DNA from: an uncultured Ardenticatenaceae bacterium
GTDB lineage: Bacteria > Chloroflexota > Anaerolineae > Promineifilales > Promineifilaceae
Direction: 5' to 3'
Length of the DNA stretch: 64,000 nt
Assembly (NCBI GenBank): GCA_964643965.1
Contig: CAZXVH010000001.1
Span: 54,980 to 118,979, forward strand
In this document: piece by piece, positions 1-10,794 of the stretch
Layout: every line of letters starts with the position of its first letter
How positions within the stretch are numbered: position 1 is the first letter of the stretch
The notes under the pieces: model-generated
Database searches by the model: none
What the model saw: the letters and a program-made list of their open reading frames with translations, nothing else
Told to the model about the DNA's origin: nothing
Translations under genes and position numbers: made by a program

Positions 1-3000
1 GAAGCCTCCCAGGGTGACGTCCGCGCCTATCTCGATGGTCAGGGCGTTAAATACCAGAGCTTCTGGATTGACAACATCATTGCCGTCGAGAATTCTTCCC
101 GCAGCACCTTGAACGGGCTGCTCGCATTCAACGAAATCGAGATCATCCGCGCCCCGCGCCTGATGCACGTCATTGAACCTGAAAAAAGCGTGGATAGCGT
201 GAACGCCCCCAACGCCGTCGAACCCAATATCGCCCACGTCCTGGCCCCCAACGCCTGGGCCGATGGCTATCGGGGCGAAGGCATGGTGGTAGCCAACATC
301 GATACCGGCGTCCGTTCCACCCACCAGGCATTGGTGCGTCAATACCGCGGCACAAGCAGCGGCAGCCACAACTACAACTGGTTAGGCGCCGCCGGCGGCA
401 GCCTCACACCCGTCGATGACCATGGACACGGCACACACACCATGGGTACTATCGTTGGTGAAGATGCCACCTTGGCGAATCAGATAGGCGTGGCTCCTGG
501 CGCCCAGTGGATTGCTTGTGATGGCTGCGAAGGCACAGGCTGCCCCGATGTGGCCCTGCTCACCTGCGCTCAATGGATTGCTGCCCCTTATCCCATCGGC
601 AGTCCCGGTTCGCCCGACCCCAACATGCGTCCCAATGTGGTTAACAACTCTTGGGGCGACTGTGGTCAGAGCTATGACAATTGGTATGAAGGCTCGATTA
701 CCGCCTGGCACGCGGCCGGTGTTTATCCGGTGTTTTCTAATGGCAACGCCAGCAACTGCGGCTATCCGGCTCCTCCCGGCTTAAACACCGTCGGTAATCC
801 GGCACGCTCCGGTAATGTCACCGGGGTTGGCTCTTCCGGTAGAGACAATGGCTTGTACGCCACCCATTCCAACTGGGGTCCTACCGACAATCCGGACACC
901 GTCAATCCGCAGCCCGGCTGGGCGGATTTGAAGCCTCAAGTCTTAGCCCCCGGCGTGAATATTCGTTCCAGCACACCCGGCAGCGATACCGAATACCAGG
1001 GTGGTTGGAGCGGTACGTCTATGTCTGCGCCGCACGTCACCGGCTTGGTGGCCTTAATGATGCAGGCTGGCTCCTGTCTGGTTGACGACTACGCCGCGGT
1101 AGAAACCATCATCGAGAATACGGCCACCCCTATTTACTATAATGATGGCAGCGGCGTCCGCTGGCCCAATTACGCCACCGGTTGGGGTGAAATTAACGTA
1201 GAAGCGGCCGTGGAGGCAGCCTCCACCGCCTGTGGTCCAGACTTTAAAATAGGAGCTGCGCCGGCAGAGCTGGCTGTTTGTGTCCCGGATGACGCTGTTT
1301 ACAATGTCACCGTAGATCACCTGAGCGGTTTTAACGGCACAGTTGCTTTCACGGCCGACGTACCGGCCGGCGCCTCTGCTTCTTTTGTGCCATCTTCGGT
1401 AGTTACGCCCACCACGCAGAGCGTCTTAACCATAGACACTGCGGCCGCAGCGCCCGGTTCCTACACGGTAGTTATCACCGGTACCTCTGTGCCCACGCCT
1501 ACACATTCCACCAGCGTTGGCCTGGATTTGTATACCGTCAGCCCGGCAGCCACCACGCTCACCACCCCCGCGGACAATGCGGTGGATGTGCCCTTGATGC
1601 CTACGTTTAGCTGGACGGCCGTGGCTCAGGCCGGCAGCTACTACCTGGAAGTAGCCACCGATGCTGCCTTCACCAATGTCGTTTATACGGCCACCGTGGC
1701 CGGCGCCAGCCACACCATGACTGGCATGAATCTGGATGCGGATACGCTTTACTACTGGCGCGTTAGTGTGACCAACGCCTGTGGTTCGAGCGCCTACTCT
1801 CCCGTCTACAGCTTCACCAGCGTACTGCTGTTGTGCAGTACACCCAACGTGGCCATCCCAGACAACACCACCATTTACGATACGCTGACCAGCGGCCGTC
1901 CGGAACCGCTGGCGGATCTCAATGTGTCTGTAAAGATTAACCATACCTGGATTGGTGACCTGGATATCGTGCTGACCCATCAGGACACCAGCTCCCAGGC
2001 TGAACTGCTGCCCGTGAGCTTTTCTTGCAGTGGCGACAACATTGACGCCACTTTCGATGACGAAGCGGCCAATCCCATTACCTGCGTTTCTAGCGCTGTG
2101 CCCGCTCTCAGCGGTGATGTGCGGCCCAGTGGCAACCTGGGAGTTTTCGATTACGAAGCGCTGGCCGGCGCCTGGCAGCTCGCTGTGCATGATGGCGCGG
2201 GCGGCGATTCAGGGACATTGGTGGAGTGGTGCCTGGAACCCACATTTGCTGTGGGCGTAGGCGCTGTGGCTGGCACGGTGACGGATGCCAATACGACGGA
2301 TCCGATAGCAGGCGTCTCTGTGACATTAGATGACGGCGTCAATACCTACAATGCCCTGACCAATGGCGCCGGTGAATATAGCCGGGCTACGGGCAGTGGT
2401 ACCTATACGGTAACGGCCGCTCTCACCAACTATGTCACCGCTCAAGCCACCGGCGTCACTGTCACCGGCGGCGTGACCACCACCCAGGACTTTGCCCTGG
2501 ACGCCGGCCAACTCACCAGCGACGCGGATGACTTTGCCGCCTCTATAGACCTGGCGACCTCTATCACTCTGCCCTGGAACCTCTCCAACACGGGTACAAC
2601 CACCGCCACCTATGATATTCGCATCATAGACAATGGTTACAGCCCTAGCGCCGCACCCCAGGCAGGTGAAGATGTCCTCGTTGTAGCGGTGGATTCTGCT
2701 GCTGCTACTGCTATGGAAACAGCCCTCACTACCCTGGGCTACACCTATCTACGGGTGTCGTCTACCGTATTCCAGGGCATGACAGTACCGGATTTGTTGG
2801 CTTACCAGGCTGTGTTCCATACCGGAAGCGCCTCTGCGGCTGCCAGCCAAAATCTGATCATGGCCTACCTGGATGCTGGCGGCGCTTTCTACATCTCTGA
2901 CAATGACTTCGGCTATTTTAATGGCACGACCACATTGTATCAGACTTACTTGCAGTCAACTTTCGTCAGTGATAATCCAGGCATTGATATTCTTGAAGGC

Positions 3001-6000
3001 GAAGACTTTATGACCGGTCTGACGATTGATATTTCTGCTGACCCTTGGCCAGACGACTTTACTGTCAACGCTGAAGGGACACGCATACTGCGTTATCAGG
3101 CTGGCAATGCGGCTGGTGTGGCTGTAGACCGCCTCGGCTATAAAGCGGTCTACACCTCCTTTGACTTCGACGATATGGCGACGGCGACTCAGGAATTAGA
3201 TGTCATGACGGCCGTTACCAACTTCTTGATGAACAGTGGCCCGTTCTGGCTCTCGACCGACATTGAGGATGGCGTGTTAGCCATGGGCGCGGATCAGGAT
3301 ATCGTGGTGACGATGGACGCCAATCAGGTCGCCCTGGCTGGCAAATATTACGCTAACCTGGTAGTGCGCAACAACACTCCCTATGGCGACCTGGTGATTC
3401 CGGTGACGATGACAGTGGGCTGCCCCACCTGTGGTACGCTGGCGGGTGACATCACCGACGCCTTCACCAGCGATCCCTTGGTGGCTGCGATACAAATCAC
3501 CAATACGAGCAGCTTTGATTACACCATCAATGGCAGCAGTTATTCCATTGATCTGCCTCCCGATATCTACTATCTCTCAGTCACGGCCCCTGGCTATTTG
3601 TCGGAAACGGCAACGGCCGTTGTCACCCAAGGCGTGACTACCACCACCGATTTTGACCTGACGCCTGCTTTTGCCGGACTGGTTTACAGCCCGCCGGAAA
3701 TTGAGGAGTACATGGAAATCGGCGAGATGGTAACGAACACGGTAACTGTCACCAATACCGGCACCATCGACCTGGACTTCAATGTCAACATTGGCGGCTT
3801 TGGCGGCCCTGGTTTGTTGAGCGTGCAGAAAGTGGCAAGCAATCTGGCTGAGGCTCGCCTTCGGTCGGCTCCTGCCGCCATCACCTCTGCCGACGACTGC
3901 GCCGCGTATGAAAATTACGCCGGTCGGGAACCAGAGGGTTATGCTGAATTCTGCCTTACTGACAAATCCCTGCTCAACGAACTCCCCTCAGCCGATATTC
4001 TGGCGCCGACAGATACCGGCTATGCCCAAGATATTGGTTACATTTCCGATAACTTTGTCTCCTTTACTCTAAACAACTTCACCGGACAAACCGTTCTCGG
4101 AACCAGCACCAATGTCTATTACGGCATGGACTTCGATCCCAGCGCCACTACCTTGTACGCCCTGGAAAATGCGACTGCACAGCTGGGTACGATCAACACA
4201 GCCAATGGCGCCTTTACGCCGCTGGTGGCGGCGCCGGCTCCTGGAGGCAGTTGGACGGGTTTATCTATTGATCCCACCGATGGTACGTTCTATGCGTCCA
4301 CGGCGACTGGTCTCTATACCTTGAATCCGACGACCGGCGCTTCCACCCTGGTGGGCAACTTTACTGGCCCCACCTTGATGATCGACATCGCGGTTGGCCC
4401 AGATGGAATGATGTACGGCCATGCCATCGACACAGATGCCATCTATACCATCAACAAAGCCACCGGCGCCAGCACCCTTGTTGGCCCGACCGGATACAAT
4501 GCAAACTTTGCCCAAGGTATGGACTTTGACAATGGTGATGGCACACTCTACATCTTCCTCTATCAGGGCAGTGGCGCCAATGTATACGGCACTGTCAACC
4601 TGAGCACAGGTGCGGTAACGCCGCTGGCGACCAGCGCCCCGCAAGGCGAGTTTGAAGGAGCTATCGCCGTACCGGGCAGCGCCGGACCAACCAACTGGGC
4701 GTATACGGATAACTTCACCGGCGCCACTGTTTTGCCTGGTGAAACCGTTACGTTTGATGTGGTCTTCGACGCCACGTCGCTGTTCCAACTCGGCGATTAC
4801 ACGGCCGATTTGAGCTTCAGCGGCAACTTCAACAACATGGTTCCCACCATGCCGTTGACGATGCACCTCAGTTGCTCCACTTGCGGTATTCTGGAAGGTG
4901 ACATCACGGACGCTGACACCAGCGACCCGTTGGTGGCCGACATTAATATCACCGGGCCTGGCGGTTTCGATGTGACCATAACCGATTCCAGCTATCAATT
5001 GGCTGTGACTGATGGCGGTTACACCATCACCGTTTCGGCCGCTGGTTACTTGAGCCAAACGGCGACGGTAACGGCCGTTACCAATACCACCGTCACCACC
5101 GACTTCGCCCTGCGGCCGGCCGAAGCCAACATCTCCGTAGACCCGCAAGCCTTTGATGTGACACTGGCTCTAGGCAATACGGCGACTTATCCGCTGGACA
5201 TCATCAATGATGGCGCGGTAGCTACAGACTTTGAACTGCGCGAGCAGCCGGTAACCGTTCGCGGCCCTCTGGCCGACCTAATCATCGATGGCAGCTTTGA
5301 AGCAGGGACACCCAATCCCAACTGGACTGAAGCCTCAACTAACTTTGGCACACCGCTGTGTGATGCAGTCAGCTGCGGTACTGGTGGCGGCACTGCCGGC
5401 CCCCATACCGGCAATTGGTGGGTCTGGATGGGTGGTATCGGCGCTCTGGAAGAGGGTTCCGTGGCTCAGGATGTGGTTATTCCGGTAGGTACGGCAGATC
5501 TTTCCTTCTACTTCTGGATTGGCACCACTAGCGGCTCAGCTTCTGATTACTTCAATGTGCAGATCGATGGCACGGAAGTATTCCGCGCTGGCGCCGACGA
5601 GCAGGCCAGTTACAGCAGCTATACCCTGGTTAATGTAGATGTGAGCGCTTACGCTGATGGCAACAGCCATGAGATTAAGTTCTACGGATACACGAACAGC
5701 GCATCTGCTGTCAACTTCAATCTGGACGACGTGGTTTTGGAGTCGACTGAGGGTAGTTTGGATGTGATCTGGCTCTCGACAAACCCCATCACCGGCACGG
5801 TAGCCGCCGATTCTGTCTTCACCGCGGATGTGATCTTTGATTCCACGGTGTTGACCCAGACGGGCGTCTATAATGCCATCTTGAAAGTATTGACCGATGA
5901 TCCGGTGAATGGCACGATCAACGTACCGATCACACTCACGGTTACGGCCGTTCCTAACTATGGCGTAATACTGGCGCCGGCCACAGACGCCATGTCCGGT

Positions 6001-6312
6001 GCGCCCGGCGAGGTTGTCACCTACACGCTCACGTTGACCAACAGTGGCGACGTGGCTGATACCTTCAGCCTGGCAGCTAGTACCAGCACCTTTGCTACCA
6101 CGCTTTCCACAAGCTCGGTGGCGTTGGCCGCTGGCGCCAGTACGACGGTGGAAGTGTACGTAACGATTCCCGCTGGTGCAGCCGATGGCGATGATGATAT
6201 GGTGACGATAACAGCCACATCGCAAGGCGATCCTGGCGAGTCGGCCGCTTCAACGTTGACGACGACGGTGGAATGGCTGAAGCTCTATATGCCGGTTATC
6301 ATGAAACAATAA
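1..6312 (+). CDS. Giant secreted multidomain subtilisin-like serine protease (peptidase S8), 5' end cut by window edge
   Basis: Frame 1 has no stop from nt 1 to 6310, so the ORF-track Met at 109 is internal; residues before it look like an I9-type propeptide. S8 triad motifs DTGV, HGHGTHTMGT, GTSMSAPHVTG. Proprotein-convertase P-domain-like HTWIGDLDIVLTH. FN3-like and repeated carboxypeptidase-regulatory-like modules. Hairpin terminator follows. Confidence 0.9.
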   Translation, partial: EASQGDVRAYLDGQGVKYQSFWIDNIIAVENSSRSTLNGLLAFNEIEIIRAPRLMHVIEPEKSVDSVNAPNAVEPNIAHVLAPNAWADGYRGEGMVVANIDTGVRSTHQALVRQYRGTSSGSHNYNWLGAAGGSLTPVDDHGHGTHTMGTIVGEDATLANQIGVAPGAQWIACDGCEGTGCPDVALLTCAQWIAAPYPIGSPGSPDPNMRPNVVNNSWGDCGQSYDNWYEGSITAWHAAGVYPVFSNGNASNCGYPAPPGLNTVGNPARSGNVTGVGSSGRDNGLYATHSNWGPTDNPDTVNPQPGWADLKPQVLAPGVNIRSSTPGSDTEYQGGWSGTSMSAPHVTGLVALMMQAGSCLVDDYAAVETIIENTATPIYYNDGSGVRWPNYATGWGEINVEAAVEAASTACGPDFKIGAAPAELAVCVPDDAVYNVTVDHLSGFNGTVAFTADVPAGASASFVPSSVVTPTTQSVLTIDTAAAAPGSYTVVITGTSVPTPTHSTSVGLDLYTVSPAATTLTTPADNAVDVPLMPTFSWTAVAQAGSYYLEVATDAAFTNVVYTATVAGASHTMTGMNLDADTLYYWRVSVTNACGSSAYSPVYSFTSVLLLCSTPNVAIPDNTTIYDTLTSGRPEPLADLNVSVKINHTWIGDLDIVLTHQDTSSQAELLPVSFSCSGDNIDATFDDEAANPITCVSSAVPALSGDVRPSGNLGVFDYEALAGAWQLAVHDGAGGDSGTLVEWCLEPTFAVGVGAVAGTVTDANTTDPIAGVSVTLDDGVNTYNALTNGAGEYSRATGSGTYTVTAALTNYVTAQATGVTVTGGVTTTQDFALDAGQLTSDADDFAASIDLATSITLPWNLSNTGTTTATYDIRIIDNGYSPSAAPQAGEDVLVVAVDSAAATAMETALTTLGYTYLRVSSTVFQGMTVPDLLAYQAVFHTGSASAAASQNLIMAYLDAGGAFYISDNDFGYFNGTTTLYQTYLQSTFVSDNPGIDILEGEDFMTGLTIDISADPWPDDFTVNAEGTRILRYQAGNAAGVAVDRLGYKAVYTSFDFDDMATATQELDVMTAVTNFLMNSGPFWLSTDIEDGVLAMGADQDIVVTMDANQVALAGKYYANLVVRNNTPYGDLVIPVTMTVGCPTCGTLAGDITDAFTSDPLVAAIQITNTSSFDYTINGSSYSIDLPPDIYYLSVTAPGYLSETATAVVTQGVTTTTDFDLTPAFAGLVYSPPEIEEYMEIGEMVTNTVTVTNTGTIDLDFNVNIGGFGGPGLLSVQKVASNLAEARLRSAPAAITSADDCAAYENYAGREPEGYAEFCLTDKSLLNELPSADILAPTDTGYAQDIGYISDNFVSFTLNNFTGQTVLGTSTNVYYGMDFDPSATTLYALENATAQLGTINTANGAFTPLVAAPAPGGSWTGLSIDPTDGTFYASTATGLYTLNPTTGASTLVGNFTGPTLMIDIAVGPDGMMYGHAIDTDAIYTINKATGASTLVGPTGYNANFAQGMDFDNGDGTLYIFLYQGSGANVYGTVNLSTGAVTPLATSAPQGEFEGAIAVPGSAGPTNWAYTDNFTGATVLPGETVTFDVVFDATSLFQLGDYTADLSFSGNFNNMVPTMPLTMHLSCSTCGILEGDITDADTSDPLVADINITGPGGFDVTITDSSYQLAVTDGGYTITVSAAGYLSQTATVTAVTNTTVTTDFALRPAEANISVDPQAFDVTLALGNTATYPLDIINDGAVATDFELREQPVTVRGPLADLIIDGSFEAGTPNPNWTEASTNFGTPLCDAVSCGTGGGTAGPHTGNWWVWMGGIGALEEGSVAQDVVIPVGTADLSFYFWIGTTSGSASDYFNVQIDGTEVFRAGADEQASYSSYTLVNVDVSAYADGNSHEIKFYGYTNSASAVNFNLDDVVLESTEGSLDVIWLSTNPITGTVAADSVFTADVIFDSTVLTQTGVYNAILKVLTDDPVNGTINVPITLTVTAVPNYGVILAPATDAMSGAPGEVVTYTLTLTNSGDVADTFSLAASTSTFATTLSTSSVALAAGASTTVEVYVTIPAGAADGDDDMVTITATSQGDPGESAASTLTTTVEWLKLYMPVIMKQ

Positions 6313-6354
6313 TGGCAAAGCAGTAACGGCCGTTGTCAATCATGATGACTGAAT

Positions 6355-6398
6355 AAAAAAAGCCCCGCCATGTTTCTATGGCGGGGCTTTTTGTTTTT
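6355..6398. terminator. Bidirectional rho-independent terminator between the convergent protease gene and glnS
   Basis: A-run, stem AGCCCCGCCAT (6361-6371) / ATGGCGGGGCT (6378-6388), 6-nt loop, then TTTTTGTTTTT. Confidence 0.8.
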
Positions 6399-6443
6399 AG
6401 AAGTTCACCTTCTCCGAGAAATTGAACTTTTAAAATGGACGAT

Positions 6444-8123
6444 CTACTTTTGCAGTTTAGACCAGGTATCGCGCAACCCCACCGTCTGGTTAAAGACCAG
6501 GCGGTCAGGCGTTGAATCCTGATCCACCACATAATAGCCCTGGCGCATAAACTGGTAGCTGTCGTCGATTTTGGCTGCCGTCAGATTGGGTTCCACCATA
6601 CAGTCGGTGAGTATTTCCAGGGAATGGGGATTGAGGTTGACGGTAAAATCTTCGCCAGCCGGGGTCTCGTTGGGGTTGGCTGTGGTGAACAGATGATCAT
6701 AGACGCGCACTTCGGCGGGAATGGCGTGTGGGGCGGAAACCCAATGCAGCGTACCTTTCACTTTACGGCCGTCCGGTGGGTTGCCGCCGCGAGAATCAGG
6801 ATCGTAAGTGCAGTGCAGCGCCGTAATATTACCAGCCTCATCCTTGATCACTTCGTCACAGGTGACGAGATAGGCGCCCAGCAGTCGCACCTCGCGTCCC
6901 GGCGCCAGGCGGAAGAATTTACCCGGCGGCTCTTCCATGAAATCTTCTTGCTCGATGTAAATTTCACGGGAAAAGGGTACCACCCGCGTTTCGTTGTTAT
7001 CTTTATCTTGAGGATGGGTGGGCACTTCAAATTCCTCAACCATATTTTCCGGATAGTTGGTGACCACGATTTTCAAGGGACGCAGCACGGCCATGGCGCG
7101 CGGCGCGTTTTGGTTGAGATCGTCACGCAGCACATGTTCCAGCATTTCAATATCTACGACGCTGTTGGCTTTGGAGACGCCAATGAGATCGGTGAATTTG
7201 CGCATGGTTTGCGGCGTGTAACCGCGGCGTCTCATGCCGCGAATGGTGGGCATACGGGGATCGTCCCATCCGTTGACGTGGCCTTCTTCTACCAGGCGGC
7301 GCAGTTTGCGCTTGCTCATGACGGTGTAGGTGATGTTGAGCCGGGCAAACTCGATCTGCTGCGGGGCGTAGATGCCCAGATTTTCGATGAACCAGTCATA
7401 AAGCGGGCGGTGGTCTTCAAACTCCAGGGTGCAGATAGAGTGGGTGATGCGTTCGATGGAGTCTGATTGGCCATGCGCCCAATCATACATGGGATAGATG
7501 CACCATTCGCTGCCGGTGCGCGGATGTTCGGCGTGGAGGATGCGATAAAGAACGGGATCGCGGAAGTTGATATTGGGCGAGGCCATGTCAATTTTGGCCC
7601 GCAGCACACGAGAACCATCCGGGAATTCTCCCTTCTTCATGCGTTGGAACAGGTCAAGATTTTCGGCGATGGGGCGATCCCGGTAAGGGCTGTTTTTACC
7701 CGGTTCGGTAAGCGTGCCCCGGTATTCGCGGATTTCGTCGGCGGTCAAGTCATCGACGTAGGCTTTGCCCTCTTGGATGAGCTGGATGGCCCACTTATAA
7801 AGCTGCGGGAAGTAGTCGGAAGCGAAAAACAGCCGATCTTCCCAATCGGCGCCGAGCCATTTGATGTCGTCCATGATGGCGTCGATGAATTCCTGCTCTT
7901 CTTTGAGGGGATTGGTGTCATCAAAGCGCAGGTTGAATTTGCCGTTGTAGTCTTGGGCAATGCCATAATTGAGCAAGATGGATTTGACGTGACCGATATG
8001 CAGATAACCATTTGGTTCTGGGGGGAAGCGAGTATGAACCCGGCCTTGAAAACGGCCGTTTTCGTTATGCTCATCAATAATATTGCGGATGAAGTTGGAG
8101 GGGGTTGTACCTTCGTCACTCAT
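6444..8123 (-). CDS. glnS: Glutaminyl-tRNA synthetase
   Basis: 559 aa; class I HIGH motif ([11 protein letters not shown]), KMSKS-type VMSKRK, GlnRS-like N-terminus [11 protein letters not shown] and C-terminal anticodon-binding region. Confidence 0.9.
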   Translation of the reverse strand: MSDEGTTPSNFIRNIIDEHNENGRFQGRVHTRFPPEPNGYLHIGHVKSILLNYGIAQDYNGKFNLRFDDTNPLKEEQEFIDAIMDDIKWLGADWEDRLFFASDYFPQLYKWAIQLIQEGKAYVDDLTADEIREYRGTLTEPGKNSPYRDRPIAENLDLFQRMKKGEFPDGSRVLRAKIDMASPNINFRDPVLYRILHAEHPRTGSEWCIYPMYDWAHGQSDSIERITHSICTLEFEDHRPLYDWFIENLGIYAPQQIEFARLNITYTVMSKRKLRRLVEEGHVNGWDDPRMPTIRGMRRRGYTPQTMRKFTDLIGVSKANSVVDIEMLEHVLRDDLNQNAPRAMAVLRPLKIVVTNYPENMVEEFEVPTHPQDKDNNETRVVPFSREIYIEQEDFMEEPPGKFFRLAPGREVRLLGAYLVTCDEVIKDEAGNITALHCTYDPDSRGGNPPDGRKVKGTLHWVSAPHAIPAEVRVYDHLFTTANPNETPAGEDFTVNLNPHSLEILTDCMVEPNLTAAKIDDSYQFMRQGYYVVDQDSTPDRLVFNQTVGLRDTWSKLQK

Positions 8124-8237
8124 AGCTGGTTAGCTCCTGCTTCCTGAAAAAATTTGACAAGGGGATAAGTTTAGCGAGTTCACGGGAGGATGCAATGATT
8201 CGTATTTTGTTGTCCCTGTCCCGTTTCGATTGACGGT

Positions 8238-8507
8238 TTACGGTTTACGATTACGGCTTACGATTTTCACCAAAACACCTTCTTTGCCTTTGTAAATCTC
8301 GACTTCATTGGCATCGCCAAAGGCGGAGGCTGGGATTTTTAAGCCCTCGTGGGTTACTTCTGATTTCATCACAAAATCATCAAAAGCAGCTTTGTGGGTA
8401 TGCTTATTGGCGCGTTGTAATAGCACGACGATAATGACTGCTGGGATGGCAATGAGCAATCCCAGCACAATGAGTAAAATGATTATTTCACCAAAACCCA
8501 TAGTCAT
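8238..8507 (-). CDS. Small single-pass membrane protein, unknown function
   Basis: Start moved to MTMGF (GGAGGG 5 nt upstream on the minus strand); hydrophobic helix GEIIILLIVLGLLIAIPAVIIVVLL. Confidence 0.55.
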   Translation of the reverse strand: MTMGFGEIIILLIVLGLLIAIPAVIIVVLLQRANKHTHKAAFDDFVMKSEVTHEGLKIPASAFGDANEVEIYKGKEGVLVKIVSRNRKP

Positions 8508-8643
8508 GATTTCCCTCCAGAATAGTGGTGGCAAGGTAGATTAAAAGTAAGGCGAACCTATGCCAAGTGCGGAATTATAGCTGAGGCAGGGGAGGTGGGC
8601 TAATTGGAGAGGGGTGGGGGGAAACGGCCGTTTACATCTTTCT

Positions 8644-8991
8644 CTACTTTAACGCAAAAATCATCTTTAATGCCTGGCTGATCTGTTCCATTTCAATACG
8701 CGATAGTTGCCCCCGTATGCCGACCAATCTGCGCCGATGATCAATAGGTCTCGTTTGTAAACAATCAGCGTCGGTAATAGCGGCTTCTGTGAGTTCAAAT
8801 AATTCAGCATCTTCCTCGTATACTTCAGCATACAAATCTGCCGATTGTTTGAGGCTTTCCAATTCAAGTTCTTCTTGCAATTGGAGCAAGGCAACGCGAA
8901 CCATGGCGCTCTTATCCTTGAAACCGTATCGTTTATAGCTACTTAGGAAATCAATGACGGGTGACGTCAGACTAAATTTAGCTTGTTGCAT
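8644..8991 (-). CDS. RHH/CopG-like antitoxin fused in frame to a C-terminal remnant of a MazF/PemK-type toxin
   Basis: N-terminal about 75 aa is antitoxin-like (AKFSLT strand, KSAMVRVALLQL helix, acidic tail). The last about 40 aa, QTRPIDHRRRLVGIRGQLSRIEMEQISQALKMIFALK, resembles the MazF/EndoA C-terminus (IRTIDKQRL...MDKVDEALQISLAL, from memory). Confidence 0.5.
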   Translation of the reverse strand: MQQAKFSLTSPVIDFLSSYKRYGFKDKSAMVRVALLQLQEELELESLKQSADLYAEVYEEDAELFELTEAAITDADCLQTRPIDHRRRLVGIRGQLSRIEMEQISQALKMIFALK

Positions 8992-9092
8992 GACAGAACC
9001 TCTCTAAGACCCAGTTTCTAGTCCCAATATTAGTCCTTATTATAGGGTTCCGTTTTTGAATGTCAATGTGGTGGCATGACTGAATAGATTAT

Positions 9093-9101
9093 TGGTAAAA
9101 T
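9093..9101 (+). promoter_or_regulatory. Candidate extended -10 promoter element (TGgTAAAAT)
   Basis: TGnTAAAAT about 110 nt upstream of the 9212 start; no good -35. Confidence 0.3.
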
Positions 9102-9211
9102 GAGGCTAGAAAAGCTTAATACAAAGAAACCAGGGAACAAAGAGACAAAGATTTTTCTTCATTATTCATCCTTTCCCCCTTTGTATTAAAGCCAACCGAC
9201 CCGGAGATAAG

Positions 9212-10060
9212 ATGACCCAAAAAGATATTTTTCAAGACAAAAATTACTTACGAAATCAGCAGTATCAAGACAGTCACAACCTGGACGCTCGCGCCAATTT
9301 ACACCGCCTGTACAGCAGCAGCCCCCTGAACTGGCAAGAGTGGGTGTTTGACCAGATGGCGCTTCAGCCGGGCATGACCGTGTTGGAATGTGGCTGTGGT
9401 CCCGGTTGGCTGTGGCGGGAAAACCTGGCTCGTATCCCGGCCGGCTGCCAGATCACCCTCACTGATTTTTCCGAGGGCATGGTGGCTGAAGCGGAAGCGG
9501 CGCTGGCCGGCAGCAGCCCTGATTTTCGCTTCCAAACGATGAACATCGAAGAAATCCCCTTTGTCGATGACAGCTTCGATGTGGTGGTGGCCAACCATAT
9601 GCTCTACCATGTGCCCAACCTGACGGCGGCTCTGGCGGAGGTACGTCGGGTATTGAAGCCAAACGGCTCCTCTGACAAACTTAGAGCAGGCCGTTTCCTG
9701 GCAGCCACCAACGGCGCAGACCATATGCGTGAAATCAAGGAGTTGGCGGTAAAATTTGCTCCGGAAACCGCCCGGTTAGAATGGCCGTACCTCACGTTTC
9801 TCCTGGAAAACGGCCGTTCGCTCCTTTCGCCTTTCTTTGAACAGATAGACCTTTTGCGCTACGAAGACAGCCTGGAAGTAACTGCGGTACAACCACTTCT
9901 GGCTTACATACAGTCGATGAGTTTAGTGCAGGCATTAGGAGAGGATGGGGAAACGGCCGTTGCCCAAAGCGAGGAGTTGGCAGCCTACATCGCCCAAGAA
10001 ATCGAAACAAACGGCGCTTTCCACATCACCAAAGCCAGCGGTCTCTTCACCGCCTATTAG
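9212..10060 (+). CDS. Class I SAM-dependent methyltransferase
   Basis: Motif I VLECGCGPGW, post-motif VVANHMLYHVP; GGAGA RBS upstream. Confidence 0.8.
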   Translation: MTQKDIFQDKNYLRNQQYQDSHNLDARANLHRLYSSSPLNWQEWVFDQMALQPGMTVLECGCGPGWLWRENLARIPAGCQITLTDFSEGMVAEAEAALAGSSPDFRFQTMNIEEIPFVDDSFDVVVANHMLYHVPNLTAALAEVRRVLKPNGSSDKLRAGRFLAATNGADHMREIKELAVKFAPETARLEWPYLTFLLENGRSLLSPFFEQIDLLRYEDSLEVTAVQPLLAYIQSMSLVQALGEDGETAVAQSEELAAYIAQEIETNGAFHITKASGLFTAY

Positions 10061-10119
10061 AAACGTGATAAGCCTGGCAAGTGTGCCCCATACTCAGAAG
10101 AATGAACCACGCTTAGGAC

Positions 10120-10764
10120 ATGACTATGGACAAATACTTCATCACCATCGCCGGTAATATCGGCGTAGGCAAATCGACATTGGTAGACCTACTCACCCGG
10201 CGTTTGGGTTGGGAACCGGTCTTTGAAGCGGTAGAGGAAAACCCATATCTGGCCGATTTTTATCAAGATATGAAGCGTTGGAGCTTCCAGTCTCAAGTCT
10301 TTTTCCTTTCACGCCGCTTAAGGCAGCATAACGGCCTGTTGACCCTCAAAAAATCAGTCATCCAAGACCGCAGCGTTTACGAAGACGCCGAGATATTCGC
10401 CCGCAATTTACATGAACAGGGCAACATGACTGCACGAGACTGGGCCTGTTATTTCGACCTGTACCGCACCCTGGCGGCGTTTTTGCCGGCGCCGGATCTG
10501 GTCATCTACCTCCAGGCGTCCGTGCCCACCTTACGTCGGCGCATCAGCAAACGAGGCCGCGAATATGAGCAAGAAATCGACGACGCTTATTTGCAGCGGC
10601 TCAACAACTTGTATGATCGCTGGGCGGAAGGGTTTCGCCTCTGCCCGGTGCTGACCGTTGACACCAACAACCTCAACTACGTGCAGTACGACGAGCATTT
10701 AGACCAGATATGGCAGAAAATCGAAGAGCGCCTCATCGGCAAAGATTATCTGACGTTGAAATAA
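10120..10764 (+). CDS. Deoxynucleoside kinase family protein
   Basis: P-loop IAGNIGVGKST, dNK-like ERS.YED and RRI.KRGR.YE motifs, 214 aa. Confidence 0.8.
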   Translation: MTMDKYFITIAGNIGVGKSTLVDLLTRRLGWEPVFEAVEENPYLADFYQDMKRWSFQSQVFFLSRRLRQHNGLLTLKKSVIQDRSVYEDAEIFARNLHEQGNMTARDWACYFDLYRTLAAFLPAPDLVIYLQASVPTLRRRISKRGREYEQEIDDAYLQRLNNLYDRWAEGFRLCPVLTVDTNNLNYVQYDEHLDQIWQKIEERLIGKDYLTLK

Positions 10765-10765
10765 T

Positions 10766-10794
10766 TTGACATCCCCTTCAGGCAGAGGTAGACT
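10766..10794 (+). promoter_or_regulatory. Sigma70-like promoter TTGACA-17-TAGACT upstream of rpsU
   Basis: TTGACA 10766-10771, 17-nt spacer, TAGACT 10789-10794; implies a roughly 200-nt leader before rpsU. Confidence 0.4.
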
